A stretch of DNA of 55,119 nucleotides from the IMG/VR virus record IMGVR_UViG_3300045922_000467, positions 1 through 55,119 of that record. One strand, given 5' to 3'. Under the pieces are notes generated by a model, which saw nothing but the letters and a program-made list of their open reading frames with translations, had not been told where the DNA came from and did not search any database. This stretch comes from a virus (lineage: Duplodnaviria; Caudoviricetes). The position numbers were made by a program, and so were the translations under genes. This document shows, one piece after another, positions 39,305 through 49,335 of this stretch (positions are counted from its first letter, which is position 1; every line of letters starts with the position of its first letter).

Positions 39305-39709
39305 CTACTCCACTTTCGCTGACGGACGGCGGACGTTAACGTTGATCCGCTGGGAAAAGTCGACCCCGGGAGGCACATGACCGACGCTGTCCAGGATCTC
39401 CCGGACGACGGACTTGTTCACACCCTGGGTCAGCATGTCCCAACGCTGTTCCTCGGTGATGTACGCAAGCACCGCCTCCCAATCGCTGACACGGGCCGTG
39501 TCGATGCGCGATAGATATGCGGTACCATGGGGGGTTTTGAAGCTGTCGACACCGGTAGCCGTGGCAATCTGCAGGATGTATGCCTCCAGCTTGCCCATGG
39601 CCTCGTTGATCGGAAACAACCGGTCCTTTGTTTCCTGCTCGATGGCGGCCTTCCTATCACGAAGCTCGACATACTTCGCGATGACCGCGTCTACGGTCGG
39701 TTCTGTCAC
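39305..39709 (-). CDS. Conserved phage replication-module protein, 134 aa
   Basis: 'KYVELRD', 'SFKTPHGTAY', 'VPPGV' motifs. Confidence 0.8.
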   Translation of the reverse strand: MTEPTVDAVIAKYVELRDRKAAIEQETKDRLFPINEAMGKLEAYILQIATATGVDSFKTPHGTAYLSRIDTARVSDWEAVLAYITEEQRWDMLTQGVNKSVVREILDSVGHVPPGVDFSQRINVNVRRPSAKVE

Positions 39710-41268
39710 TGCTGTTCTCCACGCGTCTCTGCCTCGATGACTTCGAGGAGTAGACCCTGCAGACTCTGCCGTTTTTCGAGCCGGTTGTAAACACGTTTTT
39801 CGAGGGTGGACCCATAAATGTGTACCCGGATGGTGGTGTGCTGCTTGCCGATACGCTCAGTCCGCCCGCAAGCCTGGGTATATATCTCATTTTTGTCGAT
39901 CGGCCCGTACCAGACCATCATCCGGGCACGGGTGAGGGTAAGACCATGGGCCATGCAACCAGGGTGCGCGATCAGGATTCGGGGGTCCGGATCGTTCTGG
40001 AACTCATGGAATATGCGGGTTCGATCCTTTGCCGACACGTCCCCGTATACATAAGCGCATGTGTAGTGTTTACTGAGTTCCCGATACAACATCGCCAGCA
40101 CCCCGGTGAGCGGGACGAACACAATCACCTTATCTTGAGGGTGCAGAGCGTCGACAAACTCCCGCACCAAGTCGACGCGAGGTGTAGCGTCGAACTCGAC
40201 CGGGCGGCCGGCCGTATCATAGGCAACCCCGCAGCTGATCTGCAGCAGTTTGTTCACCTTGACCGCCTCGTTGACCGCGGTGATCTGGCCGCCGGCATGC
40301 TCAGCCATGAGACTCTTCACCATGGTGTTGTATGCAGCACGCTGCTCATCGCTCATGTCCGACTTGCGTTCCATGGTGACAACTGCCGGAAGGTCGAGAC
40401 ACTCATCCCGGGTAAATCTAATAGCGGGCTGCAGGATCTGGCGAACCGTGTCGATGGCGCCTGCTTTGGGCACATATCGGAAGTTCCCCACCTTCTGCAT
40501 CACCAGATCGCGGAAAGCGCTGTATGACCTGGCGATCCCAGTGTTTCCAACCAGCTTGGCCAACGCCCAAGCATCGGTCGGCTCGTTCGGGGTGGGCGTG
40601 CCGGTCATCAGCCAAAGCCGGACGTTCGGGTTCCGGGTCAGAAACTTATACAAAATCTTGAACTTACGCGTCTGGGGGTTTCGATAGACGGCAGCCTCGT
40701 CGACAATCACAAGATCGAACATCCCATCGGCCTGATCGGCGATGATCTCAAACCCTTCGTGGTTGACGATGTAATAGTCTGCGTCCGCACTCGCCAGCAG
40801 CTTCCGGCGACGCTTGGCGGTGCCCCGCAGCACCGTAGCCACCCGCCCTATAAGGCTTGTGAATATCTCCTTGCTCCAAACCGGATCGAGCGTTGACAGC
40901 GGCGAAAGCACAAGCACGCGCTTCACAGCCCCGATGCTCATCAGATAGTCCGCTGCCCAGAGTGCCGACTGCGTCTTCCCAGTGCCGATGTCGTTCAGAA
41001 CAAGACACCTGGGGTGGATGGTCAGGAACGCCGAAGTCAGCCGTTGGTGTTTGTAGGGAGTGAATCGCCCCGGCCAATTGTAGTGGTAGAGGATGGGCGA
41101 CGGCACTCGGATGCCCATGTTGTTCAGCACCCGAACAGAGTCCAGATCATGCGAAACCATGACCAGAGGGTGACCCCCAACCTGCTGGGCAGTGGGTAGA
41201 CAGGCGGCCACCTGCGCCGGATTGTCTGTCCGAAAAATGACCTGCCGCTTGTCTTCGACAACAATCAT
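39706..41268 (-). CDS. SNF2-like SF2 helicase
   Basis: DIGTGKT, IVDEA, TGTP, HGLTLT, QACGRTERIG; ATGA coupling gives start 41268. Confidence 0.92.
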   Translation of the reverse strand: MIVVEDKRQVIFRTDNPAQVAACLPTAQQVGGHPLVMVSHDLDSVRVLNNMGIRVPSPILYHYNWPGRFTPYKHQRLTSAFLTIHPRCLVLNDIGTGKTQSALWAADYLMSIGAVKRVLVLSPLSTLDPVWSKEIFTSLIGRVATVLRGTAKRRRKLLASADADYYIVNHEGFEIIADQADGMFDLVIVDEAAVYRNPQTRKFKILYKFLTRNPNVRLWLMTGTPTPNEPTDAWALAKLVGNTGIARSYSAFRDLVMQKVGNFRYVPKAGAIDTVRQILQPAIRFTRDECLDLPAVVTMERKSDMSDEQRAAYNTMVKSLMAEHAGGQITAVNEAVKVNKLLQISCGVAYDTAGRPVEFDATPRVDLVREFVDALHPQDKVIVFVPLTGVLAMLYRELSKHYTCAYVYGDVSAKDRTRIFHEFQNDPDPRILIAHPGCMAHGLTLTRARMMVWYGPIDKNEIYTQACGRTERIGKQHTTIRVHIYGSTLEKRVYNRLEKRQSLQGLLLEVIEAETRGEQQ

Positions 41269-41669
41269 AGCCGACTGATCCTGGTGAGCAGGGCGCGGAG
41301 AACCCCCATAGACTCGGGGCTTTCTCCGACGACAACAAAGGTGCAGCCGCCCGCCCCTGATATGTTCTGCAGCGTACGGGCTTGCAGGTCGGTGAGGACC
41401 CCCCGCGCAGCCTTGGTCTCGATGGCGATGAAACGTCCTTTGTAACAACAGATGAAATCCGGGATGCCCATATGACCCATCCCGCTGCTAACCGGCATGA
41501 AAAACCAGACACCAAACTCCTTGAGAAGATCCTTCACCAGCGCCTTGACACGACCTTCCGGAGTCCGGGATTTCCTGACGGAAGCCCTACTTCGCGTGGG
41601 GACAGGTTGGCTTTGCCGGGCAGAAGTTGCAGAGGCCGGAGGGGCGAGCGGGCCAGCGGTTCTGGGCAT
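41265..41669 (-). CDS. VRR-NUC domain nuclease
   Basis: TPEGRVK...GIPDFICC...FIAIETKA...Q; start uncertain. Confidence 0.85.
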   Translation of the reverse strand: MPRTAGPLAPPASATSARQSQPVPTRSRASVRKSRTPEGRVKALVKDLLKEFGVWFFMPVSSGMGHMGIPDFICCYKGRFIAIETKAARGVLTDLQARTLQNISGAGGCTFVVVGESPESMGVLRALLTRISRL

Positions 41670-42252
41670 GGGCTTCCTTTATCTTGTTGACCCGCTGGAC
41701 AACGCCAGCGAGAAGGTCGGGGATTTGGGTTCGGCTGTAAACTTCGCTGTCCTGCTTCCTATCCTTGAGCCACACGAACACAGCAGTGACCGACTGCACG
41801 GCCGGGCTGTGTATCATTGTAGCCGCCGCAGCAATCTCCATCTGGAAAAAATCCGGATATCGCTTCCCGGTCTTCCAGTCGGCGATGACTGCTCGGTTGC
41901 CAGCCACAACCTCGACATCGGTCTTGGTCCGGAGAAACACGTCGCGGTCCCACCACCCCCCGGGAGCGAACGACCGGTTGAGACAGCGGTCAACCTCAGC
42001 CTTGATCGTGCCACCTTGTGCAGCGGCTTCGAAAGCCCCCACAACGGGCTCGTGGTGAGCGAGATCGTGAGGCAACGGTACCTTGTCGTTGATCCGCTTC
42101 TCCAGCGCCTCATGGCTACGGTCGCCCGCCCAGGACGCCTTGGTGCCGACGTCTTTAATGTCCTGGACAACCCGCTGTCGGTAGTATCGCAACGGACACT
42201 GCTCGAACTGCTTCAAGCTGGTGAAGGAGTGAGCAGCGGGGATGGCTGGCAT
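41587..42252 (-). CDS. PD-(D/E)XK (Cas4/RecB-like) exonuclease
   Basis: SFTSLKQFEQCP, D...IADWKTGK, C-terminal LCNFCP....C. Confidence 0.9.
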   Translation of the reverse strand: MPAIPAAHSFTSLKQFEQCPLRYYRQRVVQDIKDVGTKASWAGDRSHEALEKRINDKVPLPHDLAHHEPVVGAFEAAAQGGTIKAEVDRCLNRSFAPGGWWDRDVFLRTKTDVEVVAGNRAVIADWKTGKRYPDFFQMEIAAAATMIHSPAVQSVTAVFVWLKDRKQDSEVYSRTQIPDLLAGVVQRVNKIKEAHAQNRWPARPSGLCNFCPAKPTCPHAK

Positions 42253-42716
42253 TCAACTGTTCTCCGATATGCGGCGCGCATGGCGTCCCGTGCCAGCTTG
42301 TCGCATAAATCATGGACATAGGTCCGCGGAGAGAGAGTCCCTGAGTGCGCTTTCACATACCTAACCCGAACTTCGAGCCGCATCGAACGCACCGTATCCG
42401 CCAGGGTGACGCATGCACGCTGCACCTTGGTCGGGTTCTTCCTCGGGGATGACCCCCTCCAGTTCTGAATGATACGCAAAGCGTGATCGTTGTCCAGAGT
42501 GAAAAGGACCGTGTCGAACTTTCTCACCACGCCTTGTAGAATCCCCAGATGCAGGGCGTTGATCGCCGCCATCAGCTCCGCGTGGTAGCTATTGGATACA
42601 GGTTGCCGGAACACCCCGGCCTTCACTCCAGTGCATCCCCGCTCTGATTTAACCCATCCGGCCCAAGCACCCACGGGTGCGCGAACGCTTGCATCTGATA
42701 TTATGGTAACTAACAC
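42213..42716 (-). CDS. Ribonuclease H-like protein
   Basis: ISDAS, AELMA, LDN, VKAHS, CDKLAR catalytic pattern. Confidence 0.85.
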   Translation of the reverse strand: MLVTIISDASVRAPVGAWAGWVKSERGCTGVKAGVFRQPVSNSYHAELMAAINALHLGILQGVVRKFDTVLFTLDNDHALRIIQNWRGSSPRKNPTKVQRACVTLADTVRSMRLEVRVRYVKAHSGTLSPRTYVHDLCDKLARDAMRAAYRRTVECQPSPLLTPSPA

Positions 42717-42737
42717 GATGAATCTCCTTGCGTACGG

Positions 42738-43106
42738 CTACACTTCATCCGCCCCCAACCAATCGTGGGCACGCCACGTTCCCAGCATCTGAGCTGCAGA
42801 TACAGCCTGAGACAGCGTCCAAGTACTGGGTGCATAGATGTATACAGCTTCGACCTTCTGGGCGTAGTCGCGCTCCTTCCAGACAAACAACCTGTAGGGG
42901 ATGCTGCCCGGGATCGGGCAAAACTCCAGCCCCGCCGCGATATCGCGCCAGCTGCTTGTGATCTTGTGCATGAGTACGGTGCGGCCGTTCTCCGGCCCCC
43001 CGGTCAACATGATCGCCCGAGGGTGGTGCCTGACAACGCGGGCAACGCCCCGCATCACAGTATCGTTCAAAGATTCACACGACTCGGCATAGATACTGGT
43101 ACCCAC
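42738..43106 (-). CDS. Hypothetical protein; 5' end possibly frameshifted from ATG 43128
   Basis: 'LTGGPENG' motif; best RBS and ATG are 22 nt upstream and out of frame. Confidence 0.6.
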   Translation of the reverse strand: MGTSIYAESCESLNDTVMRGVARVVRHHPRAIMLTGGPENGRTVLMHKITSSWRDIAAGLEFCPIPGSIPYRLFVWKERDYAQKVEAVYIYAPSTWTLSQAVSAAQMLGTWRAHDWLGADEV

Positions 43107-43145
43107 CGCAGCAGAATCCCCCTGACATCTGTTCTCCGAAAGAGA

Positions 43146-43355
43146 TCAATTCCAGCTAAGAGGGAAGAGCTCACCTCCATCTTCGGAGTACACCTGCTCA
43201 ATGCTCGCGCCAGAAACCATGCCGAGTATATCGACGGCTACCCGGAAAAACAGCTCGGGATTATCCCTGCCGATCTCCATGAACAGCTGTAGCGCACCAT
43301 CCAAAAATGCCCTGCGGGCCGCAGTCTCCCGAACAAATGCTTCGTCACCAGTCAT
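43146..43355 (-). CDS. Hypothetical protein, 69 aa
   Basis: ATGA overlap with the polymerase; GGAGAAC RBS. Confidence 0.65.
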   Translation of the reverse strand: MTGDEAFVRETAARRAFLDGALQLFMEIGRDNPELFFRVAVDILGMVSGASIEQVYSEDGGELFPLSWN

Positions 43356-45286
43356 GCACGTTCTCCTTGGTTAAACCTATCCAGAGGGACTAGGTCCCCG
43401 TAGTTGTATCCGATTCCGATCTCGCAGTCCAGAGGTAGCCCCGGCATCCACACTGGCGGGGTCGTCATCGTGGTGTGGACAAAGCTGTGGGTTGCGTGGA
43501 TATCCTGCTCCCGAACCAACAGGACGATATTGTCGTGGACTTGGAGTAGAACCGGGGCGACACCCCGCAAAACCACCATCTTCTCCCGGATGATATCGGA
43601 GGCCAGCGCTTGGATGATGTTCTCCAGAACCTTCGCGCCGTATAGCCGGGTCGCGGCATCGGGAGAGATGTCACTCCCGGTCATATTGGATTTCACCCTC
43701 GCGAGCAGCGCTGCGCTGGTACTGCAATAGGAGGCCTCGCCCCCGACGCGAAAGATGCCTGGGTAATCCAACGCCATACCGTTCGGGCGGATGATCCGTG
43801 TACCCTCAACCCGAGCCCACTCATTGATATCGCAGTTCGCTCCATCAATCATGGCCTGGATCGCATCGTCGAGACGAAACCACATATGCCGGATCCGGGT
43901 AAACTTGTTCCTGTAAAAATTAACATCCATCGACGCTTCCGATGACAGCAGAATGATACCCCCCTGTATACGGGCCATCTCCCTGTAGCTCTCCGCTCCG
44001 ACGCCATATTGCAGCGAAAGTATGGACACCTTACCCAGCATGCGCTCCCGCTTATTGGCCTTGGTGACCTTGAACCCGAAACGCTCACTGGCGTAGCTGC
44101 TGTATACATCTTCACCCTGAGCAAACTGGTTCACCAACCCCATCTCCCCGCAGAACATGGCGCAGAGCCGGGCTTCGATCTGAGACAAGTCAACGTCAAG
44201 CAAGACATACCCCGGCGGCGCCTCCATGCACTGCTTTAGGGACTTGCCGTTGCGGCTGGGCAGGTTCTGCAGGTTAATGCTGCCGGTACCGGAGAACCTC
44301 CCTGTGTGCGCTCCGTAATAGTTCAAAGGAACAGGCAGCAGCCCCCGAGTGGAAATGCCGAGAAACCGCTTGGCACGGGTCTCATCCAGCGATGACTGAG
44401 TTCCCAGCCTAGCCTCGACGAAGCTGCGCACCAACTCGTCATCGCTCAAGAGAAGCTCGGCGGTTATGCGGTGCGTCTTGGTGAGGGACGGCTCCCCGGT
44501 TTTGGCGGATCTGGGCAGCCGACCGCTGAGCAGCCCATCCAGAAATCGAATGGCGTCACGGCTGCGCAACCACTTGAAGAAAGCCTTTCTGTCGACACCC
44601 CCGAAATTGGGTAGGTCCGGCATACCCACAAGATCGGCCAGTTTTTTCTGCAGATCCTCGACAAGAGTGTCCTTCCTAGCAATGACCTCCCGCGTGTAGT
44701 CAACCAGTTTGCGCTGGTTCAGATGGATGTAAGGCTTGGTAAACATCTCCAGCGTAATGTGGATAGCGGCCCTCTCCGTCAGCGGGAGTTTGTTTTTGAG
44801 AATGTGAAACAGAGCGAGGCAGTTCTCGGCATCGCGATTAGCATAGAGCGGGCCGTAAGATGCAAGCTCATGGAGCGTCATGTCTGAGCGCCGCTTTCCC
44901 TTCATCTGCACTACCATATCGCCCTTATCGGGCAGACCGTAATGGCGAGAGAGTTTAGCCAGCGACAGGCCGGGCGATACCCGGTGGAACGGACGCGCCA
45001 TCTTGAGAGTGCATGCCATGACCCGAGGGTGGATATTGTAGCACCAAGCCAGGATGGCGAAATCGAACAGGCCATTGTGGGCAACGACCGTCCGAGACTC
45101 AAGATTTAGGGCACTAAGTTCAGCGTGAATATTCTCATAAATCCATCGCGTAGGCGTCCCCGGCTCTGCGATGCTGACACCGATTGTCTCGAACCGAGGG
45201 TCGCGAATATACTCCTCGGTGGACATCTTTCTCAAGCTATAGTCGTCGCTGTAGAAAGTCTCAAAGTCGATAGCCACAACATTCAT
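43352..45286 (-). CDS. Family A DNA polymerase with 3'-5' exonuclease
   Basis: DFETFY, AHNGLFD, TGRFSG, NLQNLP, DLSQIEAR, R..GK...L..QYG, QVHD; RBS supports ATG 45286. Confidence 0.95.
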   Translation of the reverse strand: MNVVAIDFETFYSDDYSLRKMSTEEYIRDPRFETIGVSIAEPGTPTRWIYENIHAELSALNLESRTVVAHNGLFDFAILAWCYNIHPRVMACTLKMARPFHRVSPGLSLAKLSRHYGLPDKGDMVVQMKGKRRSDMTLHELASYGPLYANRDAENCLALFHILKNKLPLTERAAIHITLEMFTKPYIHLNQRKLVDYTREVIARKDTLVEDLQKKLADLVGMPDLPNFGGVDRKAFFKWLRSRDAIRFLDGLLSGRLPRSAKTGEPSLTKTHRITAELLLSDDELVRSFVEARLGTQSSLDETRAKRFLGISTRGLLPVPLNYYGAHTGRFSGTGSINLQNLPSRNGKSLKQCMEAPPGYVLLDVDLSQIEARLCAMFCGEMGLVNQFAQGEDVYSSYASERFGFKVTKANKRERMLGKVSILSLQYGVGAESYREMARIQGGIILLSSEASMDVNFYRNKFTRIRHMWFRLDDAIQAMIDGANCDINEWARVEGTRIIRPNGMALDYPGIFRVGGEASYCSTSAALLARVKSNMTGSDISPDAATRLYGAKVLENIIQALASDIIREKMVVLRGVAPVLLQVHDNIVLLVREQDIHATHSFVHTTMTTPPVWMPGLPLDCEIGIGYNYGDLVPLDRFNQGERA

Positions 45287-45333
45287 CTGCGTGTTCTCCA
45301 AAATATCCGGATGCCCTTCATGTCCCACCGTCA

Positions 45334-45443
45334 ACATGCTGGTCGGGATCCCCAAACGGTGAGTGCTTGCGCAATGTCGGGTTGGCCGTAGCCACGACGT
45401 TCCGGATCGACGCCGCAGGAGGTGTGGGGTCCCTAACTCATGC
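45334..45443 (-). ncRNA. Candidate structured RNA upstream of the DNA polymerase
   Basis: Long closing stem enclosing a C(UACG)G hairpin and a GCAA tetraloop hairpin. Confidence 0.45.
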
Positions 45444-45465
45444 CCGAAACTGTATACGCCGGGGG

Positions 45466-46377
45466 CTAGGCTTGCAAGAGTTTTTGCGCCAGGGTCGCCG
45501 CAAGCCGCCCTCGGTGGTACTTGAACATCTCTTCGGATATACCAGGTCCAAGGAACAGGCCGAGAGGTCGGACATTGCCCCGGTCACGCCACGCATCCAG
45601 CTCCGAAAGGAGGTCGTGGTCGGCATAAGCTGTCAAAATACCGCGCATCTCTGGAAAGTAGTAGGAAACCTCGGACCACCGAATAGCCGCAGGACCAGAC
45701 CGCAGAACTTGCATGAGGACATCTTCCGAAAAGCTCCACTGGAAGCGCTTCTCATATACTGCATATACACTCCGAACTAGGTCCATCATGGCCTCGGCGG
45801 CCTCCCAATAGCGGGGTATTCCACGCGCAAACCCACCGAAATAATGGGAGATAGCCGGATTTGACGCCAGCGGTGGCAGCGAACCGGCGGGTCGCTTTAT
45901 GTATTGATTGACGACATCCGAAGGATACTTTTCCCACTCACTTGCATCCATTACCTGCAGCCTGGACCCGTCAGCAGGGAGCAGTGACAAACGGTGCCGA
46001 TAGCCCGTAATGCCAACTCTATCAAACGCAGCCCCGGGGAACGCGACCCGTTCCAACTCAAGTAGCGGGCGGGGTCTCTGGGGAGCAGTGTATCCAACAC
46101 TGGCGATTGTATTGAACCCGCCCGACTTAGAGCTGTATTTGCTTACCCCAACCATAGAAATATCGATCGGGATGTCCTCCAGCGGAAGCAGGTGCTTGAA
46201 CGGGGCGCTGGCGATAGGATCCGCCACCATATCCAAAACAGCGTTGACTAGGCCCGTCCACTCCGCTGTGTGGTGTTCTTGTATAGCTAGTTGCTTCATC
46301 TTGCCCACATAATCTGCAAGCCGTGATCGCAGCCGACGCCCATGATCTACCTTGATGTTGCTTGACTTCCCAGGCAT
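45466..46377 (-). CDS. Hypothetical protein, 303 aa, lower GC
   Basis: GAGGAG RBS; long ORF; no motif recognised. Confidence 0.75.
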   Translation of the reverse strand: MPGKSSNIKVDHGRRLRSRLADYVGKMKQLAIQEHHTAEWTGLVNAVLDMVADPIASAPFKHLLPLEDIPIDISMVGVSKYSSKSGGFNTIASVGYTAPQRPRPLLELERVAFPGAAFDRVGITGYRHRLSLLPADGSRLQVMDASEWEKYPSDVVNQYIKRPAGSLPPLASNPAISHYFGGFARGIPRYWEAAEAMMDLVRSVYAVYEKRFQWSFSEDVLMQVLRSGPAAIRWSEVSYYFPEMRGILTAYADHDLLSELDAWRDRGNVRPLGLFLGPGISEEMFKYHRGRLAATLAQKLLQA

Positions 46378-46379
46378 GC

Positions 46380-47090
46380 TTACTCCTCCTCGATAACATC
46401 TTCATCTGGATTATACAGACGACTCTCCTCGACGGCTTCCGCTACAGCCTCGTCACTGGTTAGACGTTCATATTCGGCCTCCAGTTCCTTAAAGAAGTCC
46501 TTCATCATACTTCGCGCCCAGATGTTGAATGCTTCATTAAAACGGTCCATCCCGGCGTAATTCCAACTACCATTTTCATACTGTTTGAGGTATTCGTCAT
46601 GGAGACGAAGAGCAGCAAGCAAGTTCAGCGGCATCGCGGACACCACCTCCTCTTGTTCAACGTAGTACATGTAATTAAACTCAACACTGTGTGACACACT
46701 ATGCTCGTGGTAGTAGTTACTACCCCCTACACGGCGGGGCACGACACTCAGAGTAAACAACCTTGTCTTGAGTCCCGCCAATATGGCAGTTTTGTCTCCG
46801 TCGGTAAGTGGAGACCCTGAAATCGTATGCAGCATATCCAGGAAGGCGTCTAAATCAACGCCTTCTTCGGGTTCGATCTCTCCGCAAAACTCGAAGCTTG
46901 CACCGCTGCCCTGTATGTAGAACCCGGTCCACATAGGGTAACTCACTGATAAGCACCTAAAGATACCAAATGTATCTGATGCCATCCGCGTCTTGAAATC
47001 GTCCCAGATACACTCGAACCAAAACTCTGATTCGACATTTATGTACCTGTACTTGTCGATGATGCACTGGGGTATATTTCCAGTAGTCAT
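46380..47090 (-). CDS. Acidic protein of the family with GF..QG.GA.F and LEAEYE.LTSDEAV motifs, often loosely labelled 'antitoxin'
   Basis: Motifs recognised from memory; function not established. Confidence 0.7.
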   Translation of the reverse strand: MTTGNIPQCIIDKYRYINVESEFWFECIWDDFKTRMASDTFGIFRCLSVSYPMWTGFYIQGSGASFEFCGEIEPEEGVDLDAFLDMLHTISGSPLTDGDKTAILAGLKTRLFTLSVVPRRVGGSNYYHEHSVSHSVEFNYMYYVEQEEVVSAMPLNLLAALRLHDEYLKQYENGSWNYAGMDRFNEAFNIWARSMMKDFFKELEAEYERLTSDEAVAEAVEESRLYNPDEDVIEEE

Positions 47091-47118
47091 TCCCCAACCT
47101 CCCTATCTTTGGCGGACA

Positions 47119-48117
47119 TCAGATAACTCCCCGCCGACCTCGGAGAGTTTCGACAGCAACAATAAGCGCAACTCGTTGCAGAGGGTCCCTCAGCTCTTCG
47201 AGCAAGTCTACAATTCTGTGGCTGTGAGACGGCCACCCTATTTCAGAAGCCACGGTATTCCACCGGCTCATATCAGTAATCCGATTGTCGATAAGCCCGA
47301 CTACGGCGACCATAATCCCCGTCCACTCATATTCACGGGGCATTGCAGCCCCATTATTTGTTTCCCGGTCATATTTAGGGGGAATCGCAACCTCAGGATT
47401 TGTTGCCCAGTCAGGGTGCTGAACCAGCCATGGACGGTCACGGAACCTCGGGAAGATCCGAGTGGAGATTTTGTCTACGTGGGCGATGCTTCCGGTCATC
47501 GTATCTCGCATTCGGAAAAACTTCTCTATGAACACAAAGTTACGGCGAAACTCGGCATCGACATCCCTCCACATAGGAATAGCCGAATGTATCTGTTCTT
47601 CCGTTATTCGGTTGTAAACCTGTATCTCGCCGGTCTTGGTATTGAACCCTATAAGTTCGTCTACCAATACCCACGGATCAGTATATGCATGCCTCGATCG
47701 GACATACGTGTAGCCGCGTACCGTCTTAAGTGTGAGCATATCACACGTCTCAGCCATCCACTTAGGACTGTTCTTTCTTAGCGGCTGCACTGCAATAAGC
47801 CAGTTATCGGAAGTCAGTATTCCGTTTGGCGGAGCGGTTGGGGTAGTTGACCTCAAACGTGCGGGATTTTTTCTGTCGAACTGCGGATCGCTTTTATGAA
47901 AGCGGCCACCGAACATCACCTCCATGGAGTAATACAACCATACCTGGATGCGTGGGTTGTCGCTCCTATCGGCCGGATCGAACCGCACAACGATTTTCCA
48001 GTCCCTGTCATAGTACGAGCATCCTTGATACTTATTCCACTTCCTTGCAGTGCGGATATGATGAGCCACACTATCATAATCCAGCCGAATTGGATCTCGC
48101 CTACTTCCCCACGCCAT
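47119..48117 (-). CDS. Hypothetical protein, 332 aa, Trp/Arg-rich, lower GC
   Basis: AAGGAG RBS; long ORF. Confidence 0.75.
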   Translation of the reverse strand: MAWGSRRDPIRLDYDSVAHHIRTARKWNKYQGCSYYDRDWKIVVRFDPADRSDNPRIQVWLYYSMEVMFGGRFHKSDPQFDRKNPARLRSTTPTAPPNGILTSDNWLIAVQPLRKNSPKWMAETCDMLTLKTVRGYTYVRSRHAYTDPWVLVDELIGFNTKTGEIQVYNRITEEQIHSAIPMWRDVDAEFRRNFVFIEKFFRMRDTMTGSIAHVDKISTRIFPRFRDRPWLVQHPDWATNPEVAIPPKYDRETNNGAAMPREYEWTGIMVAVVGLIDNRITDMSRWNTVASEIGWPSHSHRIVDLLEELRDPLQRVALIVAVETLRGRRGVI

Positions 48118-48147
48118 GACACGTCTCCTTCGCTAATATCTGGTCGG

Positions 48148-49335
48148 TTACATCTTGATGACTTCGCCCCACGGCGCTTGGTCAGCGCCGTTGCTCACCC
48201 AGAGCGTGGGGTATGGTGTCGGCACGCCGAAGTCGCTGCAGTAGAGGTCGGTGAGAAAAACACAGGCAACCGGTTCAATGTCCTTGTCTTCAAGAAACCT
48301 GAACACCGGAGAGAACGCCGTTCCTCCGCCACCGTGTGGCTTGATAACCAACTCGTCATCCGGCAGGAACACGTCGTGGTGGGCCACCTCACTGTCGAAG
48401 TAAACGACATGCAGCTCGACCGGACGGCAGTCCTGGTGGGCGGCCTTCACCTCGGCCGCAAACTCATTGAGGATCTTCTCGCTGATGGATCCGGAGCAGT
48501 CCACAGCAAACACGACAGGTCCCATCTGCTCACCATTCCGGCTGGCAGCGTAGATCCCCTGCGACGCAAAGCGACGGTTTGGGCGGGAGTAGGACCGCTC
48601 ATCGGTCTTCGCCTTGACGAGGAAGTTCCGAAGAACTTCTCGCCAATCCAGCTTGGGGTCGAGGATTTCCCCGACGAGACGCTGCAAGCCGGCGGAGAGC
48701 TTGCCTGCCATCTTGGCCGCCTGAGCAGCCTGAGCAGCCCGGATCTTCCACTCACCAGCCTGTTCCTCCTGCTCAGCGGGAGACCCCTCTGCATCGAACA
48801 GAACGTCCAGAGGATCCCCGCGGCCGTCGCCGTAGTCTGAGGGCAGCAGGTTGTAGATGTTGTCGGTGATACCATCGCCGGCCTTGAACAGGCTGTTATC
48901 CAACAGCGCACCCTCGGGCATCCTGCCGATTTTCTCTTCGGTCAAGTGCTGATTGATGACATAGTCACCAGCGGCGTTCCACTTCCTGGGATCGCGACCG
49001 TGACGCCGGTAGCAGTGATCCATCATGGGGTGCATACACTCATGCGCCATGACAAACTGGAGTTCGGCGTCGGTCAAACTGTCCAGAAACTCACGGTTCC
49101 ACACCACCCACTTGCCGTTGGTCCCAGCCGTCGACACTTCATCACCAACCAGATAGTGGGGCATGGACAGCGCGAGGTATCCAAAGAACGGATTGTGCAT
49201 CACGAGTTGGGCCTTGGCTTTCGATATCCGCTGCATCAGGACGCTGTCACTGGGGATCCGGGTTCCGCCAGTGCGGGACCCGGTGTGGTCGGGGGAGTAG
49301 GGGGAGTTCGGAATGCTTGGGACGGTCATTGTCAC
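48148..49335 (-). CDS. Metallopeptidase-VWA protein (DUF2201-like)
   Basis: TAGTNG, AHECMH, WNAAGDYVIN; MIDAS DCSGS, GGGGTAF, LTD. Confidence 0.9.
   Translation of the reverse strand: MTMTVPSIPNSPYSPDHTGSRTGGTRIPSDSVLMQRISKAKAQLVMHNPFFGYLALSMPHYLVGDEVSTAGTNGKWVVWNREFLDSLTDAELQFVMAHECMHPMMDHCYRRHGRDPRKWNAAGDYVINQHLTEEKIGRMPEGALLDNSLFKAGDGITDNIYNLLPSDYGDGRGDPLDVLFDAEGSPAEQEEQAGEWKIRAAQAAQAAKMAGKLSAGLQRLVGEILDPKLDWREVLRNFLVKAKTDERSYSRPNRRFASQGIYAASRNGEQMGPVVFAVDCSGSISEKILNEFAAEVKAAHQDCRPVELHVVYFDSEVAHHDVFLPDDELVIKPHGGGGTAFSPVFRFLEDKDIEPVACVFLTDLYCSDFGVPTPYPTLWVSNGADQAPWGEVIKM

Noticed and set aside
41587-42252. Cas4-like nuclease as evidence of a CRISPR system
   Set aside because: No repeat-spacer array or other cas genes; a standard phage replication-module exonuclease
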